Source: Squalus acanthias (lineage: Eukaryota). Taken from it: 64,000 nucleotides of DNA. Within the stretch, counting starts at the first letter, position 1. Every line of letters begins with the position of its first letter. The stretch lies in contig JASTWF010000036.1 of NCBI GenBank assembly GCA_030390025.1, positions 434,001-498,000 on the forward strand. The letters are read 5' to 3'. The translations under genes and the position numbers were made by a program. Positions 1 through 12,392 of the stretch are shown here, piece by piece. The notes beneath the pieces are model-generated. The model was not told the origin of the DNA, did not search any database, and saw nothing but the letters and a program-made list of their open reading frames with translations.

Positions 1-403
1 GGGGTTGTTTTCCTTCGAGCAGAGAAGGCTGAGGGGGGACCTGATTGAGGTGTACAAAATTATGAGGGGAGTAGATAGAAAGGAACTTTCCCTCTTAGTA
101 GAGGGGTCAATAACCAGGGGACATAATTTCAAGGTAAAGGGGCAGGAGGTTTAGAGGGGATTTGAGGAAAAACTTTTTCACCCAGAGGATGGTTGGAATC
201 TGGAACTCACTGCCTGAAAGGATGGTAGAGGCAGGAACCCTCACAACATTCAAGAAGCATTTAGATGAGCACTTGAAACGCCATAGCATACAAGGCTACG
301 GACCAAGTGCTGGAAAATGGGATTAGAATAGACAGGGCTTGATGGCCGGCGCGGACACGATGGGCCGAAGGGCCTCTTTCTGTGCCGTATGACTATGACT
401 CTA
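1..403 (+). mobile_element. CR1 LINE 3' fragment
   Basis: Encodes GLFSFEQRRLRGDLIEVYKIM...FFTQRMVGIWNSLP, the typical CR1 ORF2 C-terminus. Ends in a short ATGACT-type tail. Confidence 0.85.
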
Positions 404-419
404 TTGCCAGTGGGAGTGT

Positions 420-527
420 CGGCCTAGATGTACAGTAGTACTCAAGTCTCTGGAGTGGGGGGCTCGAACCCACAACTATCTGACTCCGGAGGCAAGAGAG
501 TGCTACCCACTGAGCCAAGGCTGACAC
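420..527 (-). mobile_element. tRNA-derived SINE head (SacSINE1/DeuSINE-like), truncated
   Basis: Reverse complement reads tcagccttggctcagtgggtagcactct...gtgggttcgagcccccactccagagacttgag, with A/B boxes. Same head as the SINE at 32220. Confidence 0.7.
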
Positions 528-819
528 CTTGGGAGGTAAGTGCTGTTTAAGTAACCTTGGTGAATTGCTGCAGGGCTTCCTGATCCCAGATGCAGGGCAC
601 TGATCAAGCAAGCTGCTGCGTCCTGGACAGTGTTGAGCTGAGTGTTTTTGCTGTTGCAAGCGGCGAGCTGAGCAATATCGACGTTGGAAGGCTTTTGAGC
701 AATCAGGAGGAGAGCCACTGGTTGCAGAGTACCCAGTTCCTACTCTGCATTTACCGACCACGGTGGTATACAATTGGGAAGAGTCCCAAAGCAGCACAGT
801 CTTTATTATCGGAGATTCT

Positions 820-1091
820 GTGAAAGGGGATCCTGGGCTTTATAAATAAATTGGAGGAATGGAGTACAAAAGCAAGAAAGTCACGCTAAACCTTTATAAA
901 ATCACTGGTTGGGCCTCGGCTGGGGTGTTGTGTTCAATTCTGGGCACCGCAATTTAGGAAGGATGTCAAGGGCCTTGGAGAGGGTGCGGAGGAGATTTAC
1001 TAGAATGGTACCAGGGGATGAGGGACTGCAGTTACGCGGAGAGACTTGAGAGGCTGGGGTTGTTCTCCATAGAGCAGAGAAGGCTAAGAGG
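820..1091 (+). mobile_element. Older CR1 fragment, host of nested insertions (continues 2050-2178 and 5910-6160)
   Basis: CR1 RT C-terminal motifs. The sequence resumes in register after the SINE (1092-2047) and after the young CR1 (2179-5909). Confidence 0.75.
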
Positions 1092-2047
1092 AAAAGAAAG
1101 ACTTGCATTTATATAGCGCCTTTCACGACCACCGGACGTCTCAAAGCGCTTTATAGCCAATTAAGTACTTTTGAAGTGGAGTCACTGTTGTAATGTGGGA
1201 AACGCGGCAGCCAATTTGCGCACAGCAAGCTCCCACAAGCAGCAATGTGGTAATGACCAGATCATCTGTTTTTGTTATGTTGGTTGAGGGATAAATATTG
1301 GCCAGGACACCGGGGATAACTCCTCTGCTCTTCTCCAAAATAGTGCCATGGGATCTTTTACGTCCACCTGAGAGCAGACGGGGCCTCGGTTTAACGTCTC
1401 ATCCGAAAGACGGCACCTCCAACAGTGCGGCGCTCCCTCAGTACCGCCCCTCCGACAGTGCGGCGCTCCCTCAGTACCGCCCCTCCGACAGTGCGGCGCT
1501 CCCTCAGTACCGCCCCTCCGACAGTGCGGCATTCCCTCAGTACTGCCCCTCCGACAGTGCGGCATTCCCTCAGTACTGCCTCTCCGACAGTGCGGTGCTC
1601 CCTCAGTACTGCCCCTCCGACAGTGCGGTGCTCCCTCAGTACTGCCCCTCCGACAGTGCGGCGCTCCCTCAGTACTGCCCCTCCGACACTGCGGCGATCC
1701 CTCAGCACTGCCCCTCCGACACTGCGGCGCTCCCTCAGTACTGCCCCTCCGACACTGCGGCGCTCCCTCAGCACTGCCCCTCCGACAGTGCGGCGCTCCC
1801 TCAGTACTGCCCCTCCACCAGTGCGGCGCTCCCTCAGTACTGCCCCTCCGACAGTGCGGCGCTCCCTCAGTACTGCCCCTCCGACAGTGCGGCGCTCCCT
1901 CAGTACTGCCCCTCCGACAGTGCGGCGCTCCCTCAGCACTGCACTGGAGTGTAACCTAGCTTTATGTGCTCAAGTCCCTGGAGTGGGGCTTGAACCCACA
2001 ACCTTCTGACTCAGAGGCGAGTGCGCTGCCAACTGAGCCACAGCTAA
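1092..2047 (-). mobile_element. SacSINE1/DeuSINE-like SINE with internal 33-bp VNTR (~16 units, ~1423-1943)
   Basis: tRNA-like head at the right end, Deu-domain-like body (aaaagatcccatggcacta...tatttatccctcaacc), L2-like tail (aaggcgctatataaatgcaagtctttc). Unit gcggcgctccctcagtactgcccctccgacagt. Confidence 0.8.
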
Positions 2048-2451
2048 CACAGATTTATAGAGGTGTTCAAAATTACAACAGGTTTTGATAGAGTAGAGAG
2101 GGAGAAACTGTTTCCAGTGGCAGGAGGGTCAGTAACCAGAGGACACAGATTGAAGATAATCGGCAAAAGAACCAGAGGCGGCGGACCTGGGTGGAGCGGC
2201 TGCGGCGAGGCGGAGGACTTAAGAGGCGGCGGCGACCAGGTAGGCCCACAGAGGCTTTTAAAGTGCGGGACGCAGTGGTTGCTGGGTAGGTGATAAATTT
2301 TTACCTGTATAGAAGTTGGGCGGTTCCTAAACCCGAGACACTACACTTGTAGTGTCCCCCACCCTTCCTCCTCCTCTAACCTAAAGGAGGTGAGTGACTA
2401 TCAGGTAAGCTCTTTTTTGTTCTAGTTTAATCTGCAAGTTAGCTGGAGGGG

Positions 2452-3380
2452 ATGGCAGGGGAGGCAGTGAAATGTTCCTCCTGCAGAATGTTTGAGGTGA
2501 GGGACGCCGTAGGTGTCCCTGCTGATTACACCTGTGGGAAGTGCACCCATCTCCAGCTCCTCGAAAACCGTGTTAGGGAACTGGAGCTGGAGCTGGATGA
2601 ACTTCGGATCATTCGGGAGGCAGAGGAGGTCATAGATAGAAGCTTCAGGGATGTAATTACTCCAAAGCATGAAGATAGATGGGTGACGGTGAGAGGGGCT
2701 AGGAGGAAGCAGTCAGTGCAGGGATCCTCTGTGGTCGTTCCCCTCAGTAACAGGTATACCGCTTTGAATACTGTTGAGGGGGACGACTTACCAGTGGTAA
2801 GCCACGGTGACCGGATCTCCGGCGCTGGGTCCGTCCCTGTGGCTCAGAAGGGAAGGGGGGAGAGCAGGAGAGCAATAGTTATTGGGGACTCAATAGTCAG
2901 AGGGACAGATAGGAGGTTCTGTGGCAGCAAAAGAGACTCACGGATGGTATGTAGCCTCCCGGGTGCCAGGGTCCGTGACGTCTCGGACCGTGTTTTCAGA
3001 ATCCTCAAAGGGGAAGGGGAACAATCACAAGTCGTGGTACACATCGGTACCAACGACATAGGTAGGAGAAGGGACGGGGATTTAAAAACAGGAATTTAGG
3101 GAGCTAGGTTGGAAGCTGAGAGCCAGTACAAACCATGTTGTAATTTCTGGTTTGTTGCCGGTGCCACGTGCTAGCGAGTTGAGGAACAGGGAGAGAGTGC
3201 AGATAAACACGTGGCTGCAGGGATGGTGTAGGGGGGAGGGTTTCAGTTATGTGGATAATTGGAGCACATTCTGGGGAAGGTGGGACCTGTACAAACAGGA
3301 CGGTTTGCACCTGAACCAGAGGGGCACCAATATCCTGGGAGGGAAATGTGCTACGGCTCTTCGGGGGGGGTTTAAACTAA
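2452..3380 (+). pseudogene. CR1 ORF1 (Cys zinc finger, leucine zipper, SGNH esterase), frameshifted near 3085
   Basis: CSSC...CGKC; LELELDEL heptads; IGDS, HIGTND and (next frame) DGLHL esterase blocks. Confidence 0.85.
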
Positions 3381-5825
3381 TTTGTCAGGGGGATGGGAAA
3401 AAGGGCTGTAGTCCACGAGCCAGTGGTGAGTGTAGGGAGGTACTGAGGAGGGTATCAAGGTCGCAGGAATGTACCGGCAGACAGGAAGATGGCTTGAAGT
3501 GTGTCTACTTCAATGCAAGGAGCATCCGGAATAAGGTAGGAGAACTTGGAGCGTGGATTGGTACTTGGGACTACGATGTGGTGGCCATTACGGAGACATG
3601 GTTAGAACAGGGACAGGAATGGTTGTTGGAAGTTCCGGGGTATAGATGTTTCAGTAAGAGTAGGGAAGTTGGTAAGAAAGGTGGAGGAGTAGCATTGTTA
3701 ATCAAGGATAGTTTAACAGCGGCAGAAAGGCAGTTCGAGGGGGACCTGCCGTCTGAGGTAATATGGGCTGAAGTTAGAAATAGGAAAGGAGCGGTCACGT
3801 TGTTAGGAGTTTTCTACAGGCCCCCAAATAGTAATAAAGATGTGGAGGAAGAAATTGCAAAGCAGATTATGAATAGGTGTGGAGGTCACAGAGTAGTTGT
3901 CATGGGTGACTTCAACTTTCCAAATATTGATTGGAACCTTTATTAGGTCAAACAGTTCGGATGGGATAGTTTTTGCACAGTGTGTGCAGGAGGGTTTCCT
4001 GACACAATATGTGGATAGGCCGATAAGAGCTAAAAAAAGAGCTTAGGAGAGCTAGGAGGGGGCATGAGAAGTCCTTGGCGGGTCGGATCAAGAAAAACCC
4101 CAAGGCTTTTTACTCTTATGTGAGAAATAAAAGAATGACCAGGGTGAGGGTAGGGCCGGTCAAGGACAGTAGTGGGAACTTGTGCATGGAGTCAGAAGAG
4201 ATAGGAGAGGTGATGAATGAATACTTTTCGTCAGTGTTCACCGAGGAGAGGGGCCATGTTCTTGAGGATGAGAGTGTGATAAAGGTGGATAGGCTGGAGG
4301 TAGTAGATGTTCTGAGGGAAGATGTTTTAGCAATTTTGAAGAACCTGGATAAGTCCCCTGGGCCAGATGGGATATATCCTAGGATTCTTTGGGAGGCAAG
4401 GGAGGAGATTGCAGAGCCTCTGGCTTTGATCTTTGGGTCCTCACTGTCCACGGGGATGGTGCCAGAGGACTGGAGAGTGGCGAATGTTGTTCCTCTCTTC
4501 AAGAAAGGAAATAGGAATGACCCTGGTAATTATAGGCCGGTTAGTCTTACTTCGGTGGTTGGCAAGATAATGGAAAAGGTCCTGAGGGATAGGATTTATG
4601 ACCATTTGGAAAGGGGCAACTTAATCAGGGATAGTCAACACGGATTCGTGAAGGGTAAGTCTTGCCTAACAAATTTGATTGAATTCTTTGAGGAGGTAAC
4701 TAAGTGTGTAGATGAAGGTAGAGCAGTTGATGTCGTATACATGGATTTTAGTAAGGCGTTTGATAAGGTTCCCCATGGTCGGCTCATGAAGAAAGTAAGG
4801 AGTTGTGGGATAGAGGGAAATTTGGCCGATTGGATAAGTAACTGGCTAACTCATAGAAGGCAGAGGGTGGTGGTGGATGGAACATTTTCGGACTGGAGAC
4901 CAGTTACCAGCGGTGTGCCACAGGGGTCGGTGCTGGGTCCTCTGCTGTTTGTGATTATCAATGACTTGGAGGAGGGGACTGAAGGGTGGATCAGTAAATT
5001 TGCTGATGACACCAAGATTGGTGGAGTAGTGGATGAGGTGGAGGGCAGTTGTAGGCTGCAAAGAGACATTGATAGGATGCAGAGCTGGGCCGAAAAATGG
5101 CAGATGGAATTTAACCCTGATAAGTGCGAGGTGATTCATTTTGGTAGGGCAAATTTGAATAAGGATTACAGGGTCAACGGCAGGGTTCTGAGGAACGTGG
5201 AGGAGCAGAGGGATCTGGGGGTTCATATCCACAGATCTCTGAAGGTTGCCACTCAAGTGGATAGAGCAGTAAAGAAGGCCTATGGTGTGTTGGCGTTTAT
5301 TAACGGAGGGTTTGAGTTTAAGAACCGTGAGGTTATGCTGCAACTGTACAGGACCTTGGTGAGACCACATTTGGAATATTGTGTGCAGTTCTGGTCACCT
5401 CACTATAGGAAGGACGTGGAAGCATTGGAAAGAGTGCAAAGGAGATTTACCAGGATGCTGCCTGGTTTGGGGGGGGGAGGTCTTATGAGGAAAGATTGAG
5501 GGAGTTGGGGCTTTTCTCTTTAGAGCGGAGGAGGATGAGAGGCGACTTAATAGAGGTTTATAAGATGATGAGGGGGATAGATAGAGTGGATGTTCAGAGA
5601 CTATTTCCTCGGGTAGAGGCAGCTGTTACAAGGGGGCATAACTATAAGGTGCATGGGGGGAGATATAGAAGGGATGTCCGAGGTAGATTCTTTACTCAGA
5701 GAGTGGTTGGGGTGTGGAATGGACTGCCTGCTGTGATAGTGGAGTCGGACACTTTAGGAACTTTCAAGCGGTTATTGGATAAGCACATGGAGCACACCAG
5801 AGTGATAGGGAGTGTGATAGCTTGA
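3371..5825 (+). pseudogene. CR1 ORF2 (APE endonuclease + reverse transcriptase), disrupted
   Basis: LKCVYFNARSI, AITETW, YRPP, MGDFN. RT motifs KSPGPDG, NYRPVSLTS, DFSKAFDKV, GVPQGSVLGP, KFADDTK. Stop at 3944-3946, deletion near 4025, frameshift near 5470. Confidence 0.9.
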
Positions 5826-6464
5826 TCTTGGTCTCGGACAATGCTCGGCACAACATCGAGGGCCGAAGGGCCTGTACTGTGCTGTACTGTTCTACTGTTC
5901 TATGTTCTAGGGGAAGATGAGGAGAATGTTTTTTTTACGCAGCGAGTTGTTGTGATCTGGAATGCGCTGCCTGAAAGGGCGGTGGAAGCAGATTCAATAG
6001 TAACTTTCAAAAGGGGAATTGGATTAATACTTGAAGGGAAAATTCACAGGGCTACGGGGGGAAAGAGCAGGAGGGAGAGTGGGACTAATTGGAGAGCTCG
6101 TTCAAAGAGCCGGCACAGGCACAATGGGCCGAATGGCCTCCTCCTGCGCTGTGAGAGATTTTAAATGCTGCACAGCGCATCACTTCTGGTCAGGCTAAGC
6201 CAAATATTATACAACAACAAGAGTGAAAAGAAAAGAGAAAAAAATCCAGAGTTTGCTTCTGTGCAACAGTCTAAAATACCTTCAACTCAGAAGCTGACAA
6301 TCGCGCTTGAAAAGAAATTGCAGCCACAGCATTTCCTGCACACGATCTTCAGATCATGCTGTCACACGTGGCAGGATCAGATGCTGATGGGGTTGAAGGC
6401 GTTAACTGGAAATAACTATGTTTTTTCATATTTCTGCAAAGATGTTTGGCTTCAATCACAGGGC

Positions 6465-7055
6465 TAGAAGTCATGCTGCAGCTATACAAAGCCCTGGTTA
6501 GACCACACCTGGAGCACTGTGAGCAGTTCTGGGCACCACACCTTAGGAAGGATATATTGGCCTTGGAGGGAGTGCAGCGTAGGTTTACCAGAACGATACC
6601 CGGACTCCAAGGGTTAAGTTACGAGGAGATTTTACACAAACTAGGGTTGTATTCCCTGGAATTTAGAAGGTTCAGGGGTGATCTGATCGAAGTTTTCACA
6701 ATATTAAGGAGAACTGATGGGGTAGAGAGAGAAAAACTATTTCCGCTGGTTGGGGAGTCTGGGACTAGGGGGCATAGTCTAAAAATTAGAGCCAGGCCTT
6801 TCAGGAGTGAAGTTAGGAAACACTTCTACACACAAAGGGTTGGTAGAAGTTTGGAACTCTCTCCCGCAAATGGCAATTGATGCTGGGGGTCAATTGTTAA
6901 TTTTAAATCTGAGATTGATAGATTTCTGTTAACCAAAGGGTATTAAGGGATACGGGCAAAGGCGGGTATTTGGAGTTCGGTCACAGATCAGCCATGATCT
7001 CATTGAATGGCGGAACAGGCTCGAGAGGCTGAATGGCCTCCTCCCGTTCCTATGA
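6465..7055 (+). mobile_element. CR1 3' fragment
   Basis: LYKALVRPHLEHCEQFWAPH...LGLYSLEFRR, followed by the CR1 3'UTR. Confidence 0.85.
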
Positions 7056-7069
7056 CCCTATTACATCAA

Positions 7070-7700
7070 GTGCACAGCGCAGAAACAGGCCATTCGGCCC
7101 CACTGCTCCCTGCCGGTGTTTATGCTCCACACGAGCCTCCTCCCACCCCTACTCCATCTCACCCTATCACCATATCCTTCTATTCCTTTCTCCCTCGTGT
7201 GTTTATCCAGCTTCCCCCTTAAATGCATCTGTGCTATTCGCCTCAACCACTCCCTGTGGTAGCGAGTTCCACATTCTCACCACTCTCTGGGTAAAGAAGT
7301 TTCTCCTGAACTTCCCATTGGATTTATTAGTGACCATCTTATATTCATGGCCACTAGTTCTGGTCTCCCCCACAAGTGGAAACATCTCTACGTCTACCCT
7401 ATCGAAACCCCTTCGTAATTTTAAAGACCTCTATCAGGTCACCCCTCAGCCTTCTCTTTTCTAGAGAAAAAAGAGCCCCCAGTCTGTCCAATCTTTCCTG
7501 ATAGTTATAAACCTCTCAGTTCTGGTATCGGTCTAGTAAATTTTTTTTTTTTTTTTTTTTTTTGCAGCTTCTCCAGTGCCTCTATATCCTTTTTATAATA
7601 TGGAGACCAGAACCGTTCACAGTGCTCCCGCTGTGGTCCAACCAACACATTCTCTATACAAGTCTAACACAACTTCTCTGCTGTGCAATTCGCTCCCTCC
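7070..7700 (-). mobile_element. CR1 3' fragment
   Basis: Minus-strand FPLVGETRT...RRNFFTQRVVRMWNSLP. Confidence 0.8.
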
Positions 7701-8309
7701 AGAAATGAAACTCTCGTTCCTGTGTTCAAAGATGACAGCGCATCAATTGCAAAACTGGCAAAGCATCAAACGAGATACATAAAATAAAAAATAATCACTG
7801 ATGCAGATTTAATTATCGTACCATATTTTACACATTGTGATTCACCTATTGAGGGAATACGGAACGGACATGCGCCGACAGGACTCGCGTTATATACTCA
7901 GTCTGGCCCAGTCCGTCGGGGGGGGGGAGACTAACCACATTGACTAACTGGATGAGGAATTAGGTTTTGATGTTTCCACCTGCAACAGCGATACATTTTC
8001 AGCTCGTGGTTTGTGGTTAAGATGGTAAAAAAGAGAGAACGCAACGCGAACACACAAATGTGAAATCGACTGAAGCGATAATTACGTGGGAAGCCGGCAC
8101 TGTTGCATGTGTGCCTTTACTACCTTTCCTTCGCTGTTTTCCTCCCCCGAATCACTCGTCAGCGAGACCTCGGACAGATTGGGGTGGGGGGGTGGGGGTG
8201 GAGCGAAGAGCTACTTTTGAGGAGCGCGGTTTGAGCTGGAGGAAGCGAGATTTCTGCTTTCCTTCAAGGCCACGGCTGTTACTTCTTGAGAAAAAGTACT
8301 CCCAGGAAT

Positions 8310-9110
8310 AGAACATAAGACGTCAGTCATTTGGCCCCTTGAGCCTGCTCCGCCATTCAATAAGATCATGGCTGATCTGATCTTGGCCTCAACTCCACTT
8401 CCCTGCCCGCTCCCCATAACCCTTGACTCCCTTATCGTTCAAAAATCTGTCCATCTCCGCCTTGAATATATTCAATGACTCAGCTTCCACAGCTCTCTGG
8501 GGAAGAGAATTCCAAAGATTCACGACCCTCAGAAGAAATTCCTCCTCATTTCCGATTTAAAAGGGTGCCTTCCTTATTCTGAAATTATGCCCCCTAGTTC
8601 TAGATTCCCCCACGAGGGGAAAACATCCTCTCTGCATCTACCCTGTCAAGGCCCCTTCAGAATCTTGTATGTTTCAAGAAGATCCCCTCTCATTCTTCTG
8701 AACTCCAATGAGTACCGGCCCAACCTGCTCAACCTTTCTTCATAAGACAAATCAGGAATCAACCTTGTGAACTCTCTGAACTGCCTCCAATGCAAGTATA
8801 TCCTTCCTTAAATAAGGAGACCAAAACTGTACGCAGTACTCCAGGTGCGGTCTCACCAGCGCCCTGTACAGCTGTAACAGGACTTCCCTACTTTTATACT
8901 CCATTCCCTTTGCAATAAAGGCCAACACTCCATTTGCCTTCCTAATTACTTGCTGTACCTGCATGTTAACTTTGAGATTCATGTACGAGGACCCCCCAGA
9001 TCCCACTGTACCTCAGCATTTTGTAATCTCTCCCCGTTTAAATAATAATTTGCTTTTTTATTTTTCCTACCAAAAAGTGGATAACCTCACATTTTCCCAC
9101 ATTATACTCT
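8310..9110 (-). mobile_element. CR1 3' fragment
   Basis: Minus-strand KANGVLAFI...LVRPHLEYCVQFWSPY. Confidence 0.85.
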
Positions 9111-9383
9111 GAATCTGGCCCTTCAGCAGACCGTGTAGGACAGCAGACTCTGAACCAGGGGGGGGAAGAAAATCACATCCCAACTTTTTCCACACACTGG
9201 TAACTAGCAGATTTAAAAATTCTGCTTTCTGTCGTTCAAATTCCAGAAAAACAAGATACCATCGGCCATAATCCTCGGTCGATGATAATATGCAACAATC
9301 CTTCAAGACATTGCCACTTGTAGGGCCGGGAGGGGAGATCAGAACTAGAGGCCATCAATATAAGATAGGTCACTAATAAACCC

Positions 9384-10096
9384 GGCGAGTAATCGGCGAG
9401 ACCATGCAGACACTGAGACAACGTATGAACGGACACCGCGCAACAATCGCCAGGCAGGATTGTTGTTACCTCCCAGTCGGGGAACACTTCAGCAGTCAAG
9501 GACATTCAGCCTTGGATCTGCGGGTAAGCGTTCTCCAAGGCGGCCTTCGAGACACACGACAACACAAAATCATCGAGCAGAAACTGATAGCCAAGTTCCG
9601 CACCCATGAGGACGGCCTCAACCGGGATCTTGGGTTCATGTCACGCTACATGACGTAGAGTCATCCAGACTCGAGTCGTCGTTGGCTTGTTCACAGATGT
9701 GATTTCCAGTAAAAAAAAAAGTAAAAAGTTTAAAGTTTATGGTTTTCCATACAGACTGCAGCATCTGACACATTAGACCCCCTGTGACCCCACCTCATTG
9801 TCTTAGTTGTATTTTGCTATGTCTTTGATATAATGTCTTCCTGACTGTCTCTCTGCCGAGGTGTGATAAAAGGCAGTCAGAAAGATTAACTGTAGTCGTC
9901 TGACATTGTACGCTACACAGGCATTGTTCTCTGTCTATATATGCTTTGCCAATTCGTATTCCTTCACTTCACCTGACGAAGGAGCAGCAGTTCCGAAAGC
10001 TTGTGATTGCCAATAAAACTGTTGGACTATAACCTGGCGTTGTGCGACTTCTCACTTTTGTCCACCCCAGTCCAACACCGGCATCTCCGCATCATG
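9384..10096 (+). mobile_element. Penelope-like element, 5'-truncated (GIY-YIG C-terminus + pseudo-LTR)
   Basis: TLRQRMNGHR...PVGEHF...EQKLIAKFRTHEDGLNRD. Flanked by a 12-bp direct repeat ACTAATAAACCC (9372-9383, 10097-10108) inside a CR1 fragment. Confidence 0.85.
9970..10004 (+). ncRNA. Minimal hammerhead ribozyme motif (Penelope type)
   Basis: CAC-CUGACGA-AGGAG cagca guUCC-GAAA-GC-UU-GUG: conserved core, stem I CAC/GUG. Confidence 0.7.
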
Positions 10097-10404
10097 ACTA
10101 ATAAACCCAATAGGGAATTCAGGAGAGACTTCTTTACCCCAGAGAGTGGTGAGAACGTGGAACTTGCAAAATATTGGTGTGTGCACTTCAGCAATTTAGT
10201 TATTTTAAAAACCCTAGGTTTTCAAAAGCTGAATTTTGGCACGAAGAGGTCTTGGCATTCAAATCGCGGAGCACAAAACTCTGAACAAATAACTTTCAGG
10301 TGCAGAAAGACGTCATCCGAAGATTAGGCGTGAGCTGCCAATCCAAAACAAAGTGCTGTAAAAGCAACCGCAATAACAAAAAAAAAACAACCACGATAAC
10401 TTTG

Positions 10405-11740
10405 GACGGAGAGACTGGAGACGCTGGGGTTGTTCGCCTTCGAGCAAAGAAGGAGGAGAAGAGGGAGATTTAAAGGAGGTGTTCAAAAGCATGCAGGGCT
10501 TTGATAGGAGTAGACAACGAGAAACTGTTTCCAGTGGCAGACCCGGGGGGGGGGGGGGGTGTCGGTAACCAGAGGACACAGATGGAAGGTAAAAGCAGGG
10601 AAGTGACGTTAAACTTGCATCGACCTGGGTTAGACCACACTTGGAGCACAGTGCACAGTTCTGGTCTCCATATACAGGTACCTTGGTTGGAGCACTGTGC
10701 ACAGTCCTGGTCTCCATATACCTTGGTGAGACCACACTAGGAGCACTGTGCACAGTTCTGGTCTCCATATACCTTGGTTAGACCACACTAGGAGCACTGT
10801 GCACAGTTCTGGTCTCCATATACCTGGGTTAGACCACATTTGGAGCACTGTGCACAGTCCTGGTCTCCATATTGCAAAGAGAATATAGAAGCACTGGAGA
10901 AGATGCAAAAATTGACACGGATGATACCAGAACTGAGAGGTTTATAACTACAGGAAACTCTCTTTTAACCGGCACCCAAATAACCGGAAATCTCTCTTAA
11001 CCGGCAAAATTCTTGAGTAGGTAACCGGGGTTTTCCTTCATCTCTCCTTTAAAAAATACCCCGAGGCGTTTGCCTTGTATCGAAGCGTGTAGATTGGGAG
11101 GGGAATGTGCAGCCCGGGTAGGCAGCGGACACGACAGATGGTCAGCTGGCGGTCCCCGGGGAGACGGAGCTCCGAATGCAGGCGCATGTCAGTGTGTACG
11201 GGGCTCTCGTACGTTGGGAGATATAACTCTCCGTTATCCGGACTTTGATTAACCGGCACCGCGCCGGTCCCGGTTAATAAAGAGTTTCCTGTATCAGGAA
11301 AGGATGAACAGGCTGGGGCACTTTTCTCTGGAAAAGAGAAGGCTGAGGGGTGACCTGATAGAGGTCTTTAAAATTATGAAGTGGTTCGATAGGTTAGACG
11401 TAGAGAAGACGTTCCCACTTGCAGGCAAGAACAAAACTAGGGACCATAAATATAAGACAGTCACTAATAAATCCAATAGGGAATTCAGGAGAAACTTCTT
11501 TACCCAGAGAGTGGTGAGAATGTGGAACTCGCTACCACAGGGAGTGGTTGAGGTGAATAGCACAGATGCATTTAAGGGGGAAGCTGGATAAACACACGAG
11601 GGAGAAAGGAATAGAAGGATAGGGTGATAGGGTGAGATGAAGTAGGGGTGGGGAGGAGGCTCGTGTGGAGCATAAACACCGGCACGGACCAGATGGGCCG
11701 AACAGCCCGCGTCTGCCCTGTAAATTCTTTGTAATCTATG
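10405..11740 (+). mobile_element. CR1 fragments with internal 51-bp tandem repeat (10625-10870), split by a MITE
   Basis: Repeated ccttggttagaccacacttggagcactgtgcacagttctggtctccatata. CR1 resumes at 11292 after the MITE. Confidence 0.8.
10951..11291 (+). mobile_element. Non-autonomous Tc1/mariner (pogo/Tigger-like) MITE
   Basis: TIRs CAGGAAACTCTcttTTAACCGG / CCGGTTAAtaaAGAGTTTCCTG with TA on both sides. Removing it restores the CR1 sequence ttataactatcagga, as seen at 63951. Confidence 0.88.
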
Positions 11741-12392
11741 TAAAAACCGGAGGGGGAATTTTTTTAATTTTTTTTTACTCAGCGAGTTGTTGTGATCTGG
11801 AACGCGCTGCCTGAAAGGGCGGTGGGAGTAGATTCAATAGTAACTTTCAAAAAGGGGAATTGGATAAATACTTGAAGGGGAAAAATTCACAGGGCTACGG
11901 GGGAAAGAGGGACTAATTGGAGAGCTCGTTGAAAGAGCTGGCACAGGCACGATGGGCCAAATGGCCTCCTCCTGTGTTCTGGGATTCTGTGACGATTTTA
12001 AAATCCTGCACTATTTTGTCTCAAAATAATCAACATCAGAAAGTTTGCTGGAGGGGTTGCTACCCTGGGTGGGCCAGTCACATAAGGACAGCCTGTTGTA
12101 ACACGATTTGCTGGGATTTTGCGCCAATATGAATAAACGAAACAATCACCAGCTCATCACTCTCAGGAAGGAAGGTGAGAGTTCCCCAACTTCACCGAAA
12201 GTTCATGTGGTGCACAGCTCGTCAACTTTCCCTCAATACTTACAAAAACATGTCACAAATCACAGCAAGTACCTCGGGAATACAAGACCAGTTCGAGTTT
12301 CTTAAAGGTAGCCACCGCCCCCCCCACCCTACACCCCACCCTTTGAACTTCACGGTTCAAATTTCAAAACTATTTATTAAGTATGAAAAGGG

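Larger units (their letters stand above)
2179..5909 (+). mobile_element. Near-full-length CR1 LINE with internal deletion near 4025
   Basis: GC-rich 5'UTR, ORF1 (Zn-finger/coiled-coil/SGNH esterase), APE endonuclease, RT and a ttctat-like 3' tail, inserted into an older CR1. Confidence 0.92.

Noticed and set aside
1275..2009. 11-aa-repeat ORFs (SAALPQYCPSD etc.) here and at 12.4, 27.3, 32.3, 37.5 and 54 kb
   Set aside because: Translations of the 33-bp SINE VNTR, open in most frames.
2310..2390. HDV-like ribozyme in the CR1 5'UTR
   Set aside because: Only one hairpin is evident; I could not build the nested double pseudoknot.
4075..5499. Functional reverse transcriptase gene
   Set aside because: Part of a CR1 copy with an upstream stop and deletion, a small deletion before FADD, and a 3' frameshift.
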